A stretch of 41,343 bases of DNA from Prevotellaceae bacterium (GTDB taxonomy: Bacteria > Bacteroidota > Bacteroidia > Bacteroidales > UBA932). A model generated the notes under the pieces. It did no database searches, was not told where the DNA came from, and was given only the letters and a program-made list of their open reading frames with translations. Below are positions 1 through 8,140 of the stretch, piece by piece. The translations under genes and the position numbers were made by a program. Location of the stretch: positions 1 to 41,343 of the forward strand of contig JAISGH010000103.1 in NCBI GenBank assembly GCA_031263185.1, given 5' to 3'. Within the stretch, counting starts at the first letter, position 1. Every line of letters starts with the position of its first letter.

Positions 1-336
1 AACCGTAGATACGAATATTTTAATGTTCAGCAAGGATAAAAACCGACAACAAACGCAAGCTTGCGTGGTCAAAAAGGAAGGTATAAAAGATTTGAGCGTT
101 TATTTTAGACAAAACGCTGAATGCTGTAAATTCGGCCCTGACAGTTGGGTGATCCTTTCTCCCATTGAGCAACAGATAAAGGCTAAAATTGAGGCTGTTG
201 GAACACCGCTGAAGGATTGGGATATTCAAATTTATCGCGGTATTCTGACAGGATATAATGAAGCTTTTATCATTGACGGAAAGAAGAAAGACGAATTGAT
301 TGCAGAAGACCCAAAATCAGCCGAGATTATACGACC
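1..336. repeat. IR-L, the left arm of a long inverted repeat. It is cut by the window edge and lies inside the spare TRD cassette.
   Basis: nt 1-100 are the exact reverse complement of nt 1746-1845 (checked base by base). nt 141-336 match 1705-1510 with only a few mismatches (about 154, 230, 302, 304). nt 101-140 are a diverged 40-bp patch of equal length. Position x pairs with 1846-x. Confidence 0.9.
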
Positions 337-931
337 TATTTTACGTGGCAGAGACATAAAAAGATATGGTTACGATTTCGCTGATTTATGGCTAATCAAT
401 ACTCATAATGGCATAAAGGAAAAAGGAATAAAACCTATAAACATAGATGATTATCCTGCCATTAAAAAACACTTAGATAAATATTTTCCGGAATTGAAAA
501 AACGTGCAGACAAAGGCAATACTCCATACAATTTAAGAAATTGTGCTTATATCGAGGATTTTTCTAAGCAAAAAATAGTATGGTTAACAATAACAGATTC
601 GCCAAAATTCGCAATGGATTCATCCAAATCTATTTGCCTCAATTCGGTATTCTTCATGACAGGTAGTGACTATTTGTATATAATTTTAGCTTCACTAAAC
701 TCAAAACTAATCGAATGGTATTTTGACGGTATATGTGTATCGACTGGAGAGGGAACCAATAAATGGGAAAAGTTTGTGGTTGAGAGAATACCCATTCCAA
801 AACCAGATAAGCAAATCGAACAACAAATAGAGAAATTATTGTTATTAAAAAAACATAAAGAAATTGATAAATTGATTTATAATATGTACGGATTAAGCGA
901 AAAAGAGATAAATTTTATTGAAATTCTATAA
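2..931 (+). CDS. 5'-incomplete alternative C-terminal target-recognition cassette (TaqI_C-like) of the neighbouring methyltransferase. It is either a silent cassette or the tail of a gene that starts left of the window.
   Basis: The open frame runs from nt 2 (TVDTNILMFSKDKNRQQTQACVVKKEGIKDLSV...). The first ~112 aa are almost identical to residues in the C-terminal third of the 915..4286 protein (YRGILTGYNEAFIIDGKKKDEL). The remaining ~200 aa are unrelated in sequence but end in the same ...LSEKEI.FIE motif. No catalytic MTase motifs are in view. Confidence 0.75.
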   Translation, partial: TVDTNILMFSKDKNRQQTQACVVKKEGIKDLSVYFRQNAECCKFGPDSWVILSPIEQQIKAKIEAVGTPLKDWDIQIYRGILTGYNEAFIIDGKKKDELIAEDPKSAEIIRPILRGRDIKRYGYDFADLWLINTHNGIKEKGIKPINIDDYPAIKKHLDKYFPELKKRADKGNTPYNLRNCAYIEDFSKQKIVWLTITDSPKFAMDSSKSICLNSVFFMTGSDYLYIILASLNSKLIEWYFDGICVSTGEGTNKWEKFVVERIPIPKPDKQIEQQIEKLLLLKKHKEIDKLIYNMYGLSEKEINFIEIL

Positions 932-3900
932 ATTCTATCTCTTCTTCTGAAAGTTTGTATATATTATAAACTATGTCATCAATATTTTGATAATCTTCTA
1001 TTTGCAACATTTTTTCTATTTGCTGTTTAGTTTCGAAATCTGGAATAGGTATTTTTATGGGCTCAATAGCCTGCACACTTATTAATAAATCACCTGTTCC
1101 TGTTTTAGGTGAATCTTGTAGCATATAGTTTCCTAATCTAGAATTTAATATTCCAACCAGATATTGCAGGTTCTCTCCCGTTGCAAAACATGTACTATCA
1201 AGAACTGTATGCTTCTTTTCATCATAACAAAATCGAAGAATTGAACCTACTCGTTTCCACACAATTTTTTGTTTATCTAAATCCTCCCAATAACTTATCG
1301 AGTCTTGTGTCTCAAACCATTTATTATTAGTCCTTTTCCTTGCTCCTGCTTCGCCTGTCTGCTTCAGTCGGTCATAGCCAAAGCTCATAAGATGCTTTTT
1401 TACAGCCGGATACTGTTCGATATCTATTTTAAGACTTGGAAATGTTATAATTAAGTATAAATCAGCAAATTGATAACTGTATCTTTTAATATCTCGCCCT
1501 CTGAGTAACGGTCGTATAATCTCGGCTGATTTTGGGTCTTCGGAAATCAATTCGTCTTTCTTCTTTCCGTCAATGATAAAAGCTTCATTATATCCTGTCA
1601 GAATACCGCGATAAATATGAATATCCCAATCCTTCAGCGGTGTTCCAACAGCCTCAATTTTAGCCTTTATCTGTTGCTCAATGGGAGAAAGTATCACCCA
1701 ACTGTTGGAGCCAAAGCTGCAATCAGCGGCATTTTGCCTAACAAAAACGCTCAAATCTTTTATACCTTCCTTTTTGACCACGCAAGCTTGCGTTTGTTGT
1801 CGGTTTTTATCCTTGCTGAACATTAAAATATTCGTATCTACGGTTGCCGATTCGAATATTTTTACGCCGGCAAAGTCTATTAATTGGAGCGGATTGGTAT
1901 TTTCAGCAAAGAACCTCCGCGTATTTTCTCCATAACCTGCCCGCATCCATTTATTGGATGTTATGAAGCATAAATATGCTTGTGGTTTAAGTAGTTGATA
2001 GCCTCGTTCGTAAAACAGCGAGTATAAATCGCCCATGCTGTCAAATGTCTGATACGGACTTGGGATGTTTTTTTTATTTTCCTTTTTGGGTCCGTAAAGT
2101 TTTGACAATTCACCGCCGTTTTTTTGCAGCTGAACATACGGCGGATTGCCGATAATGATGTCAAAACCTTGCGTAACGCCAAACATCCGTTCAGCATCAA
2201 AAAACGGCGAAGTGGCGTTTGGGTTATAAGGATCCCAATCCGAAATTTTTTGTGCAGTGTCGTTGTCGTAGCCGATTTCTTTCAGTTTTTTGGCAATTTG
2301 TCCGCGCAGTTCGCGGTCTTTTTGCCGATATTTTGCTTTTGTTTCTGATGTGCGTGCGCTGAAATGCTTGTGCCGTACTACTGCAAGTTCTTTTTCGAGC
2401 GGAGCAATAATATCCATGCCAATAGTCAGTTGCGTCGGTTTGTCAAGTCCTGTGAGCGTGTTTGCTGCCACAAATTTGGTTTCGAGGTTTGGCAGCGGGC
2501 GTATTCCCAAATTCGGTTTTTCGGGGTTAGGGGTTTGCTCGCATACCAATGAAATAAAAAATCGCAGCTTTGCAATCTGCACAGCAATCGATTGAATATC
2601 AATACCAAAAATACAATTTTCAATCAAAAATAATTTTCGCCCATAATTCAGCTCGTTATTTTCAAATGCCTCCTCAATATTTTTAATGGCAAATTCACGC
2701 GCCTTTTCGTCTTCAATCTTTTCTGCCAGAGAAAGTTGCCGCTGTTTCCAGAGATTGTTATTAGGATCGAGCTTTTGTAAAACCTGCACCATTTTATTGA
2801 GAATACCCATAGGAAATGCACCCGAACCACAGGCGGGGTCAAGAATTTTGCAATTATCAAGAGCCGAAATCAATTTTTGAGTATTTTCTTTGTCAAAAGG
2901 ATTTTCGGAATTGTCGTCAAACAAAATTTTCAGGTTGTTTTCCAAATCATTTTCATTCAAAAAATCATTTTTCAAATATGCAATGAGCGATTCCTGCACC
3001 ATATAGTCCACAATTTCGCGGGGCGTGTAGAAACTGCCGGTCTGTTTGCGGGCGGTTGTTTGCGTTTCAGGATTATAGCTTGCCAAAAGATTTTCAAAAA
3101 CTTTTCCCAAAAGTTCAGGGTCAAGCGCAATTTCCACATCGACAGGCGTATTTTCTTCAATCGTGAAATTATAGGTTTGCAAAATATCAATCAATCCGCG
3201 AACTTTGTACGTTTTGCTTTTGGTATCGTAAATTTCATTTAAATCAACCGATTTTTCCTCATTAAAAAACAGAAAATCAGGAATTTTTAAAAGTTCTTCC
3301 TTATCTGTTCGATTTGAAAAACAGTCAATTCGTATTTCGTTTTCCTGTCCAATATTTTTATCCAGATTTTCAAAAAGCCCGCCGTTGAGAAAAGGAATAT
3401 TTTGTATGAGTTTGAGAAATCGCTCTTTGTCTTTGAAAAATCTTTCGTAGCGGTAAAAACCTTGAACACCGCTTTGCCGATTGACAAATTTTCTCTTTTC
3501 ACCCATTTCAGTATTAAGTGTGGCAAAAAAGAGATTTTGCAAAATTGCTTTATAATAAGTGCTCCCTGCTTTATCTTTGTAATTCAATATATTAGAAAGT
3601 TTTTGCCTGTCAAAAAAATCATTGTCTATTAATTTTTTCTGTTTCAAAAACCAGACAAACATCAATCGCGTAATCAGGCGAATAACCGCAGTTTCATTAC
3701 TGTTTTGCGGAAATTGCACATTTTGCAACGCCCAAAAATACCAGTTTGAAAGTTCTTTGAAAAATTCTTTAGTAAGCATTTCGACAGAAAATGCATCCAT
3801 CAATGTTTTGAGCGAAACTCCGTCGGTTAGCAATTTTGTAAATCGCTCAATTGCCGTATGGTAGTGTTGCGTTTCATCGCCAAACACAAATGTAAACCGT

Positions 3901-4286
3901 TTTGGCGAAGTTTCTTCGCCTTTTATGTCGGAAATAAGCGAAACCCGCCATGCCACCCCGTCGTCGAAAACGGCAAGCGCAGCGTCGAACACTCCCCAAC
4001 GCGGGTTGGTAAAGGTTTTTACAAGGTTTCGCAGCCCAACGCGGCGATGAACAACGCTTCCGCTGTTGAGCCTGAAATAGAAAAGCCCGATTTCAGCGTC
4101 GGGAGCGGAAAGCTTGCCGAGATAGTACGCCGTTTCGGTTTCGGTCGAAACGGCGAGCTGTTCGGGCGTTTGCCTCAATTCGCGCACTCCGAAAAGGTTG
4201 AGCAGCATAGCTTGCCAGGTATCGGCGCTGAACGCCGACTGAAAAATGGTCTGCAATTCTTCTTTTGAATACATTATCCTGTTCAT
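915..4286 (-). CDS. Large single-chain N6-adenine DNA methyltransferase, Eco57I/Type IIG-like gamma class, with a C-terminal TaqI_C-like specificity domain.
   Basis: 1123-aa ORF. Contains FYTPREIVDYMV, motif I ILDPACGSGAF, motif IV IIGNPPYVQL, and the TRD signature YRGILTGYNEAFII. Motif I precedes NPPY. No obvious PD-(D/E)XK motif was recognised in the N-terminal ~140 aa. Confidence 0.9.
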   Translation of the reverse strand: MNRIMYSKEELQTIFQSAFSADTWQAMLLNLFGVRELRQTPEQLAVSTETETAYYLGKLSAPDAEIGLFYFRLNSGSVVHRRVGLRNLVKTFTNPRWGVFDAALAVFDDGVAWRVSLISDIKGEETSPKRFTFVFGDETQHYHTAIERFTKLLTDGVSLKTLMDAFSVEMLTKEFFKELSNWYFWALQNVQFPQNSNETAVIRLITRLMFVWFLKQKKLIDNDFFDRQKLSNILNYKDKAGSTYYKAILQNLFFATLNTEMGEKRKFVNRQSGVQGFYRYERFFKDKERFLKLIQNIPFLNGGLFENLDKNIGQENEIRIDCFSNRTDKEELLKIPDFLFFNEEKSVDLNEIYDTKSKTYKVRGLIDILQTYNFTIEENTPVDVEIALDPELLGKVFENLLASYNPETQTTARKQTGSFYTPREIVDYMVQESLIAYLKNDFLNENDLENNLKILFDDNSENPFDKENTQKLISALDNCKILDPACGSGAFPMGILNKMVQVLQKLDPNNNLWKQRQLSLAEKIEDEKAREFAIKNIEEAFENNELNYGRKLFLIENCIFGIDIQSIAVQIAKLRFFISLVCEQTPNPEKPNLGIRPLPNLETKFVAANTLTGLDKPTQLTIGMDIIAPLEKELAVVRHKHFSARTSETKAKYRQKDRELRGQIAKKLKEIGYDNDTAQKISDWDPYNPNATSPFFDAERMFGVTQGFDIIIGNPPYVQLQKNGGELSKLYGPKKENKKNIPSPYQTFDSMGDLYSLFYERGYQLLKPQAYLCFITSNKWMRAGYGENTRRFFAENTNPLQLIDFAGVKIFESATVDTNILMFSKDKNRQQTQACVVKKEGIKDLSVFVRQNAADCSFGSNSWVILSPIEQQIKAKIEAVGTPLKDWDIHIYRGILTGYNEAFIIDGKKKDELISEDPKSAEIIRPLLRGRDIKRYSYQFADLYLIITFPSLKIDIEQYPAVKKHLMSFGYDRLKQTGEAGARKRTNNKWFETQDSISYWEDLDKQKIVWKRVGSILRFCYDEKKHTVLDSTCFATGENLQYLVGILNSRLGNYMLQDSPKTGTGDLLISVQAIEPIKIPIPDFETKQQIEKMLQIEDYQNIDDIVYNIYKLSEEEIEFIEFQ
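1510..1845. repeat. IR-R, the right arm of the inverted repeat, inside the expressed methyltransferase gene.
   Basis: Reverse complement of nt 1-336. It has a perfect 100-bp core at 1746-1845. Confidence 0.9.
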
Positions 4287-4320
4287 CTTAAAAATCTTAC
4301 TAAAATCATGATTCAGACAG

Positions 4321-7300
4321 TCAAATAAACGTTTCAGAAATTACAATATTTGGTTCGGTATTATCAATAGTCGATTCGGTCGAAACGGCTGTATAGTACT
4401 TGTCGTAGAGTTCATTTATCTGAATATCAATTTCATACTGTTTGTTTTTCATAATCTGCCTGTCGTTTTTAAGCTCGCGCGAAATGGTGCGGACTGTTTT
4501 TGCCAGCTGTGCGTAGATGCCCTGCTGAATATATTCACGAAGGCGCTTACAGCGACTGCGAATATCGTCATCTTCGGTTACCAGAGCATAACTTTGCAGA
4601 AACCGCTGCGCTTCGGCAGTGCCGCGGTCGTGCGATAATTCGTTCAAACTGCCGGTATCCTGCTGCGTAATACTTTCCATCTTAAATTTTTGCAAAGCAC
4701 GATTAACCTGTTCGTAATGAATCGATTCGGCATCTGCAAACGGCGCAGCCTGTTCCTCGCATTTTGCTTTCAAAATAAAAGCGGCTTCGAGGAAATCTAT
4801 CGGTTTTACTTCGCTTTGCGAAACGTTGTAATATTCTGTTTTTCTTGGCGATGAAACAAAAGCGATTGTTTCGTTGGATGCGTGGCGCACCGCGTCTGTA
4901 CATTTTCTTGCCACGCGGCTTTTCATCGGCAACGCCTTTATTTTTTTGTAAAGAGCACGGTCGGTATTGTACAGCTCCCGCACTTCGCGCAGCAGCTCCA
5001 ACTGTTTATCGACCTTGTCTTTGACTTTGGGGTTGAAAAGCTGAAATTCGCGAACAATTTCCTCCTTTGAATAAATCTGGGCATCTTCGCCCAAAGCCGA
5101 ATGAAATCCCTGCAACTTGATTAAAGCGTTGCGGTAGAGCTGAATTTGCGCATCGCCCTGCGCCGACGGATAAAACATATAATTATAGATTTCGCCTGCA
5201 ACCGAGCCGATACGGTTTACGCGCCCGATGCGCTGCATCAGTCGGGTTGCGTTCCAGGGCGAATCGTAGTTGACAATCACGTTTGCGCGGTGCAGATTGA
5301 CGCCTTCCGCCAGCACATCCGACGTGAGAAGAATATTGTATTTGTTGTCGAAATGTTCATAATTGGCGTCGAAGCAGCGGCGAATTGCGTCAAATTCGCG
5401 AGTGCGATTTACCGATGTAACTTCCAAAATATCGTGCCGCTGCAATTTTTCTATCAGATTTTTTTTCAGATAGTTGAGGGTATCTACGCTTTCCGAAAAA
5501 ACAACCACCTTTCCGGTTGGATTTTTTTGTTTGTCAAACAGCTCTGTTTTCAGTTTTTCGACGAACAAATCAAGCTTGGGGTCGTCGGTAATTTTGTCCC
5601 ACTGATTTTTCAGCTTAATCAGGCAATCGCGGTCGGCTTCAAGCATTGGCAGCAATTCTTCGGTAATTTCTGTTTCTTCTTCCGCTTCCGTATCTGCGAT
5701 TTTTTGTGGTTTGGCAGTAAAATCGTCGGGCGCAAAAACAATGTCCGCAGCGTCATAACCTTTTTCCACAGCGTATTCAATAATTCGGTCGAGTTCCCAA
5801 CCTTTTGCCTGCAAGTCTTTAATTTTCAATTCTGGCGCAACAATAATTTTGCCTTCTGCAAACATTTTAATCATATCGTTTGTAATACGCAAAAACGTAT
5901 CGAGCGATTTACGAAAGGCATCAAAGCTGCTTTCCAGACGTTTAACCATATGAACACGATATATTTCGGCAAGGTTTTTGCCGATATTGGCAGGATTTTT
6001 GAATTTCTTGCTGTGTTCCTCATTCAGAAACTCAACCGCACGGTATCGGGCATAGTGCAATTCGTTTGCCAGCACGTTTAATGTGCTGTAAAACAGCTCG
6101 TTAAGCTTGCCGTTTAATTTGTATGTCAAATCGTTGGGCGGTAATATGTCGGGGAATTTAATTTTTTGGTCGTCCAAATCGTGCTGATAATCCTCGTCGT
6201 TCATAATATTATGGCGGGTACGGCGAACGGTGATTTTATCGAGAGCCTGATTGCGGATTTCCTCATAAATGGCATCTATCTCGGCTGTGTCTGTCAAACG
6301 TTTGCGAGCTTTCATTATTTGGTTGTAGCGATCAATACGCGGCGCGAAAAATGCCTGTAAATTGCTTATTCCGGCTATGGTACAGCGTCGCGCATCCTGA
6401 AACAGCAGCATCAAATTGAGCAGGTCGTTCGGGCGATTATTCAAAGGGGTAGCCGAAAGCAGCATGATTTTTTTCCGTTCGCTTTTTATCAAACCGGCAT
6501 TATTGCGGGGCGACTTGCAAATCTGCTGCAATTCGTCGTATCGCGTAGTGCTGTCGCTGCGGAATCCGTGCGCCTCGTCAACAATTATCAGGTCAAATTC
6601 TTCTTTGGCCTTGTAATTGTTTTTGCCTTCAATCACTTTCGACAAGCTGCCATTGCTTACAAACTGCGCTTTTTTGCTGATTCCGAACCGCCGGAACGTA
6701 TCTTTCCAGTTGTCTTTCAATGCGGGCGGATAAACAACCAAAATATTGGTATTGCGTCCGTTTGCCTCTACAAATCGTTTTGCAATCATCGTTGCCACAA
6801 TAGTTTTACCCAAACCTACCACATCTGCAAGGAAAAAACCGTTGTGTTCGCAAAGCATCTGATAGCCCTGAATTACAGCATCGCTTTGATATTTCAGGTT
6901 GCGGATACCGTCGGGCAAAGCGGTAGAAAAATCATCTTCAATCTGGTCGCCGAAACTGTCAATCAACACCTTGATATACAATTCGTAAGGAGTGGGATAG
7001 ATGCCAATGTGGGTTTTAATTTTGCTTTTTTCAATATCATTTGCAGTAATCGGAATAGCTGTTTCCCACAGCTTATCAAATTCTTCCTTGCAGAAAGCCA
7101 CATCATCATAATCTTTCATAGCCACATTCAGCTCGTAACGTGGCGGTTCTGTCAGCCCCAATCCCGATTCCGAAATATTGGAAGACCCCATAATAACCCA
7201 GCCGTCGCTGTGCTGGGAATGAGTTTGCGGCAGGCAGAGGTAAAATTTGGCGTGTAAATTTTTTGTCGCATGAATTTTCATTTCCACTTTGCCTGTATGC

Positions 7301-7647
7301 AGGTCGTCGCACAGCTGTAAAATTCCCTGTTCAACCTCCGGCGCATAGCGGGCAGCCTGTACGTCGTTGATAAAATCCTGACTGTAAATCTCTTTTGCTT
7401 CTTCTTCATTGCCCAGCATCAGCATGGCGCGGTTATGCTTGCGAAAAATATTGTCGATATTGATTCCGACAAGAATTTGAATTTTCTGCACATTTGCAAG
7501 TTCTTCCCGCAGGCGAAAATAACCGGACGACCTGAAAAAACCAACAACAGCGTGAAAGCTGTGAAAATTTGCCATACCCTGCGCAATCCCTCCGAATTTA
7601 TCGAAGAGGGTGTTACCTGTCTGATTTGTAAAGAATTTTGAGGACAT
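4321..7647 (-). CDS. PLD-family (HKD) nuclease domain fused to an SNF2/SF2 helicase, followed by an uncharacterised ~300-aa C-terminal region.
   Basis: 1108-aa ORF. N-terminal HKD motif HAKFYL...GSSNIS. Helicase motifs LADVVGLGKT (I), IIVDEAHGF (II, DEAH), LLSATPLNN (III) and LAEGVNL...QRIGRVNRIG (V/VI). It lies 34 bp upstream of the MTase start on the same strand. Confidence 0.9.
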   Translation of the reverse strand: MSSKFFTNQTGNTLFDKFGGIAQGMANFHSFHAVVGFFRSSGYFRLREELANVQKIQILVGINIDNIFRKHNRAMLMLGNEEEAKEIYSQDFINDVQAARYAPEVEQGILQLCDDLHTGKVEMKIHATKNLHAKFYLCLPQTHSQHSDGWVIMGSSNISESGLGLTEPPRYELNVAMKDYDDVAFCKEEFDKLWETAIPITANDIEKSKIKTHIGIYPTPYELYIKVLIDSFGDQIEDDFSTALPDGIRNLKYQSDAVIQGYQMLCEHNGFFLADVVGLGKTIVATMIAKRFVEANGRNTNILVVYPPALKDNWKDTFRRFGISKKAQFVSNGSLSKVIEGKNNYKAKEEFDLIIVDEAHGFRSDSTTRYDELQQICKSPRNNAGLIKSERKKIMLLSATPLNNRPNDLLNLMLLFQDARRCTIAGISNLQAFFAPRIDRYNQIMKARKRLTDTAEIDAIYEEIRNQALDKITVRRTRHNIMNDEDYQHDLDDQKIKFPDILPPNDLTYKLNGKLNELFYSTLNVLANELHYARYRAVEFLNEEHSKKFKNPANIGKNLAEIYRVHMVKRLESSFDAFRKSLDTFLRITNDMIKMFAEGKIIVAPELKIKDLQAKGWELDRIIEYAVEKGYDAADIVFAPDDFTAKPQKIADTEAEEETEITEELLPMLEADRDCLIKLKNQWDKITDDPKLDLFVEKLKTELFDKQKNPTGKVVVFSESVDTLNYLKKNLIEKLQRHDILEVTSVNRTREFDAIRRCFDANYEHFDNKYNILLTSDVLAEGVNLHRANVIVNYDSPWNATRLMQRIGRVNRIGSVAGEIYNYMFYPSAQGDAQIQLYRNALIKLQGFHSALGEDAQIYSKEEIVREFQLFNPKVKDKVDKQLELLREVRELYNTDRALYKKIKALPMKSRVARKCTDAVRHASNETIAFVSSPRKTEYYNVSQSEVKPIDFLEAAFILKAKCEEQAAPFADAESIHYEQVNRALQKFKMESITQQDTGSLNELSHDRGTAEAQRFLQSYALVTEDDDIRSRCKRLREYIQQGIYAQLAKTVRTISRELKNDRQIMKNKQYEIDIQINELYDKYYTAVSTESTIDNTEPNIVISETFI

Positions 7648-7649
7648 AA

Positions 7650-7787
7650 TTATCTTTCTTTTTTTGCTGATACGAGTAAATCTTTTATTTCCACATTCAA
7701 CAATTCTGCGATTGTATGTAGTGTTTCAAGCGATGGTTGTACTTCATTGGTACACCATCTTGATACCGCTGTTTCATTCTTGCCCAA
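7650..7787 (-). pseudogene. 5'-truncated XRE-family helix-turn-helix gene remnant (controller-like).
   Basis: The minus-strand frame reads (TTG)LGKNETAVSRWCTNEVQPSLETLHTIAELLNVEIKDLLVSAKKER*. This is the recognition helix and tail of a typical ~65-aa XRE HTH. An in-frame TAA sits immediately upstream, so the first ~20 aa are missing. Its stop lies 2 nt before the helicase ATG. Confidence 0.6.
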
Positions 7788-7875
7788 TTATTCGGGTGAA
7801 CGACAAAATTCCCATTCCTATAAAGTGCTAAGGGATGAGAAATAAATAACATATAACGGATATAAAAGCTGTAGA

Positions 7876-7904
7876 GACCTCACCCCCAGCCCCTCTCCAA
7901 AGGA
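7876..7904. repeat. Single-arm copy of the GC-rich palindromic element family seen complete at 14521-14625.
   Basis: gacctcacccccagcccctctccaaagga versus gacctcaccccctgcccctctccgaagga at 14521, with 27 of 29 positions identical. It sits at the junction between the AT-rich and GC-rich regions. Confidence 0.6.
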
Positions 7905-7964
7905 CCGCGCGGAGTGGCCGAAATGTAACTCATGTTAATTATGCAATATATTGAATTTTAAATA

Positions 7965-7972
7965 CAAAGATA
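7965..7972 (-). promoter_or_regulatory. Candidate Bacteroidetes -7 box (TATCTTTG on the minus strand) pointing into the XRE-remnant/helicase/MTase operon.
   Basis: Plus-strand CAAAGATA is the reverse complement of the TAnnTTTG consensus. The -33 element is poor. Confidence 0.3.
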
Positions 7973-8132
7973 CTATTTTTTGCTGACTTGTACAAGATTT
8001 TTAATGATTTTTAAGAAAAAATTTTTCTGTGCTTTTTTAGTTTTCACGCAGCCTCCAAAAGTTTTTCAGCTGGGAGCAGCTGATCACCTGACCTACTTCT
8101 ACTCGAATACTGAAAATGGCATAAAAAAGTTG

Positions 8133-8140
8133 TATCTTTG
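8133..8140 (+). promoter_or_regulatory. Candidate -7 box TATCTTTG upstream of the epimerase gene.
   Basis: Matches the Bacteroidetes TAnnTTTG consensus about 50 nt upstream of the ATG at 8190. Confidence 0.4.

Noticed and set aside
915-4286. Calling the methyltransferase a BREX PglX or a self-contained Type IIG restriction enzyme.
   Set aside because: No other BREX genes (pglZ, brxC, brxL) are in view, and I could not identify a PD-(D/E)XK or other nuclease motif in its N-terminus. The adjacent PLD-SNF2 gene is the more plausible nuclease partner.
5146-6081. 311-aa plus-strand ORF inside the helicase gene. Similar long antisense ORFs occur at 13052..14044(-), 31457..32812(-), 18654..19553(+), 23114..23686(-) and 36996..37715(-).
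   Set aside because: Each lies entirely opposite a CDS with clear family motifs. Their translations are low-complexity or Arg/Ala/Val-rich with no recognisable motifs. They are typical shadow ORFs.
1-7800. A site-specific recombinase or invertase to drive the proposed inversion.
   Set aside because: No ORF in the window has serine- or tyrosine-recombinase features. The gene, if any, must lie beyond the left edge. Alternatively, inversion relies on homologous recombination across the 336-bp arms. I therefore did not annotate one.
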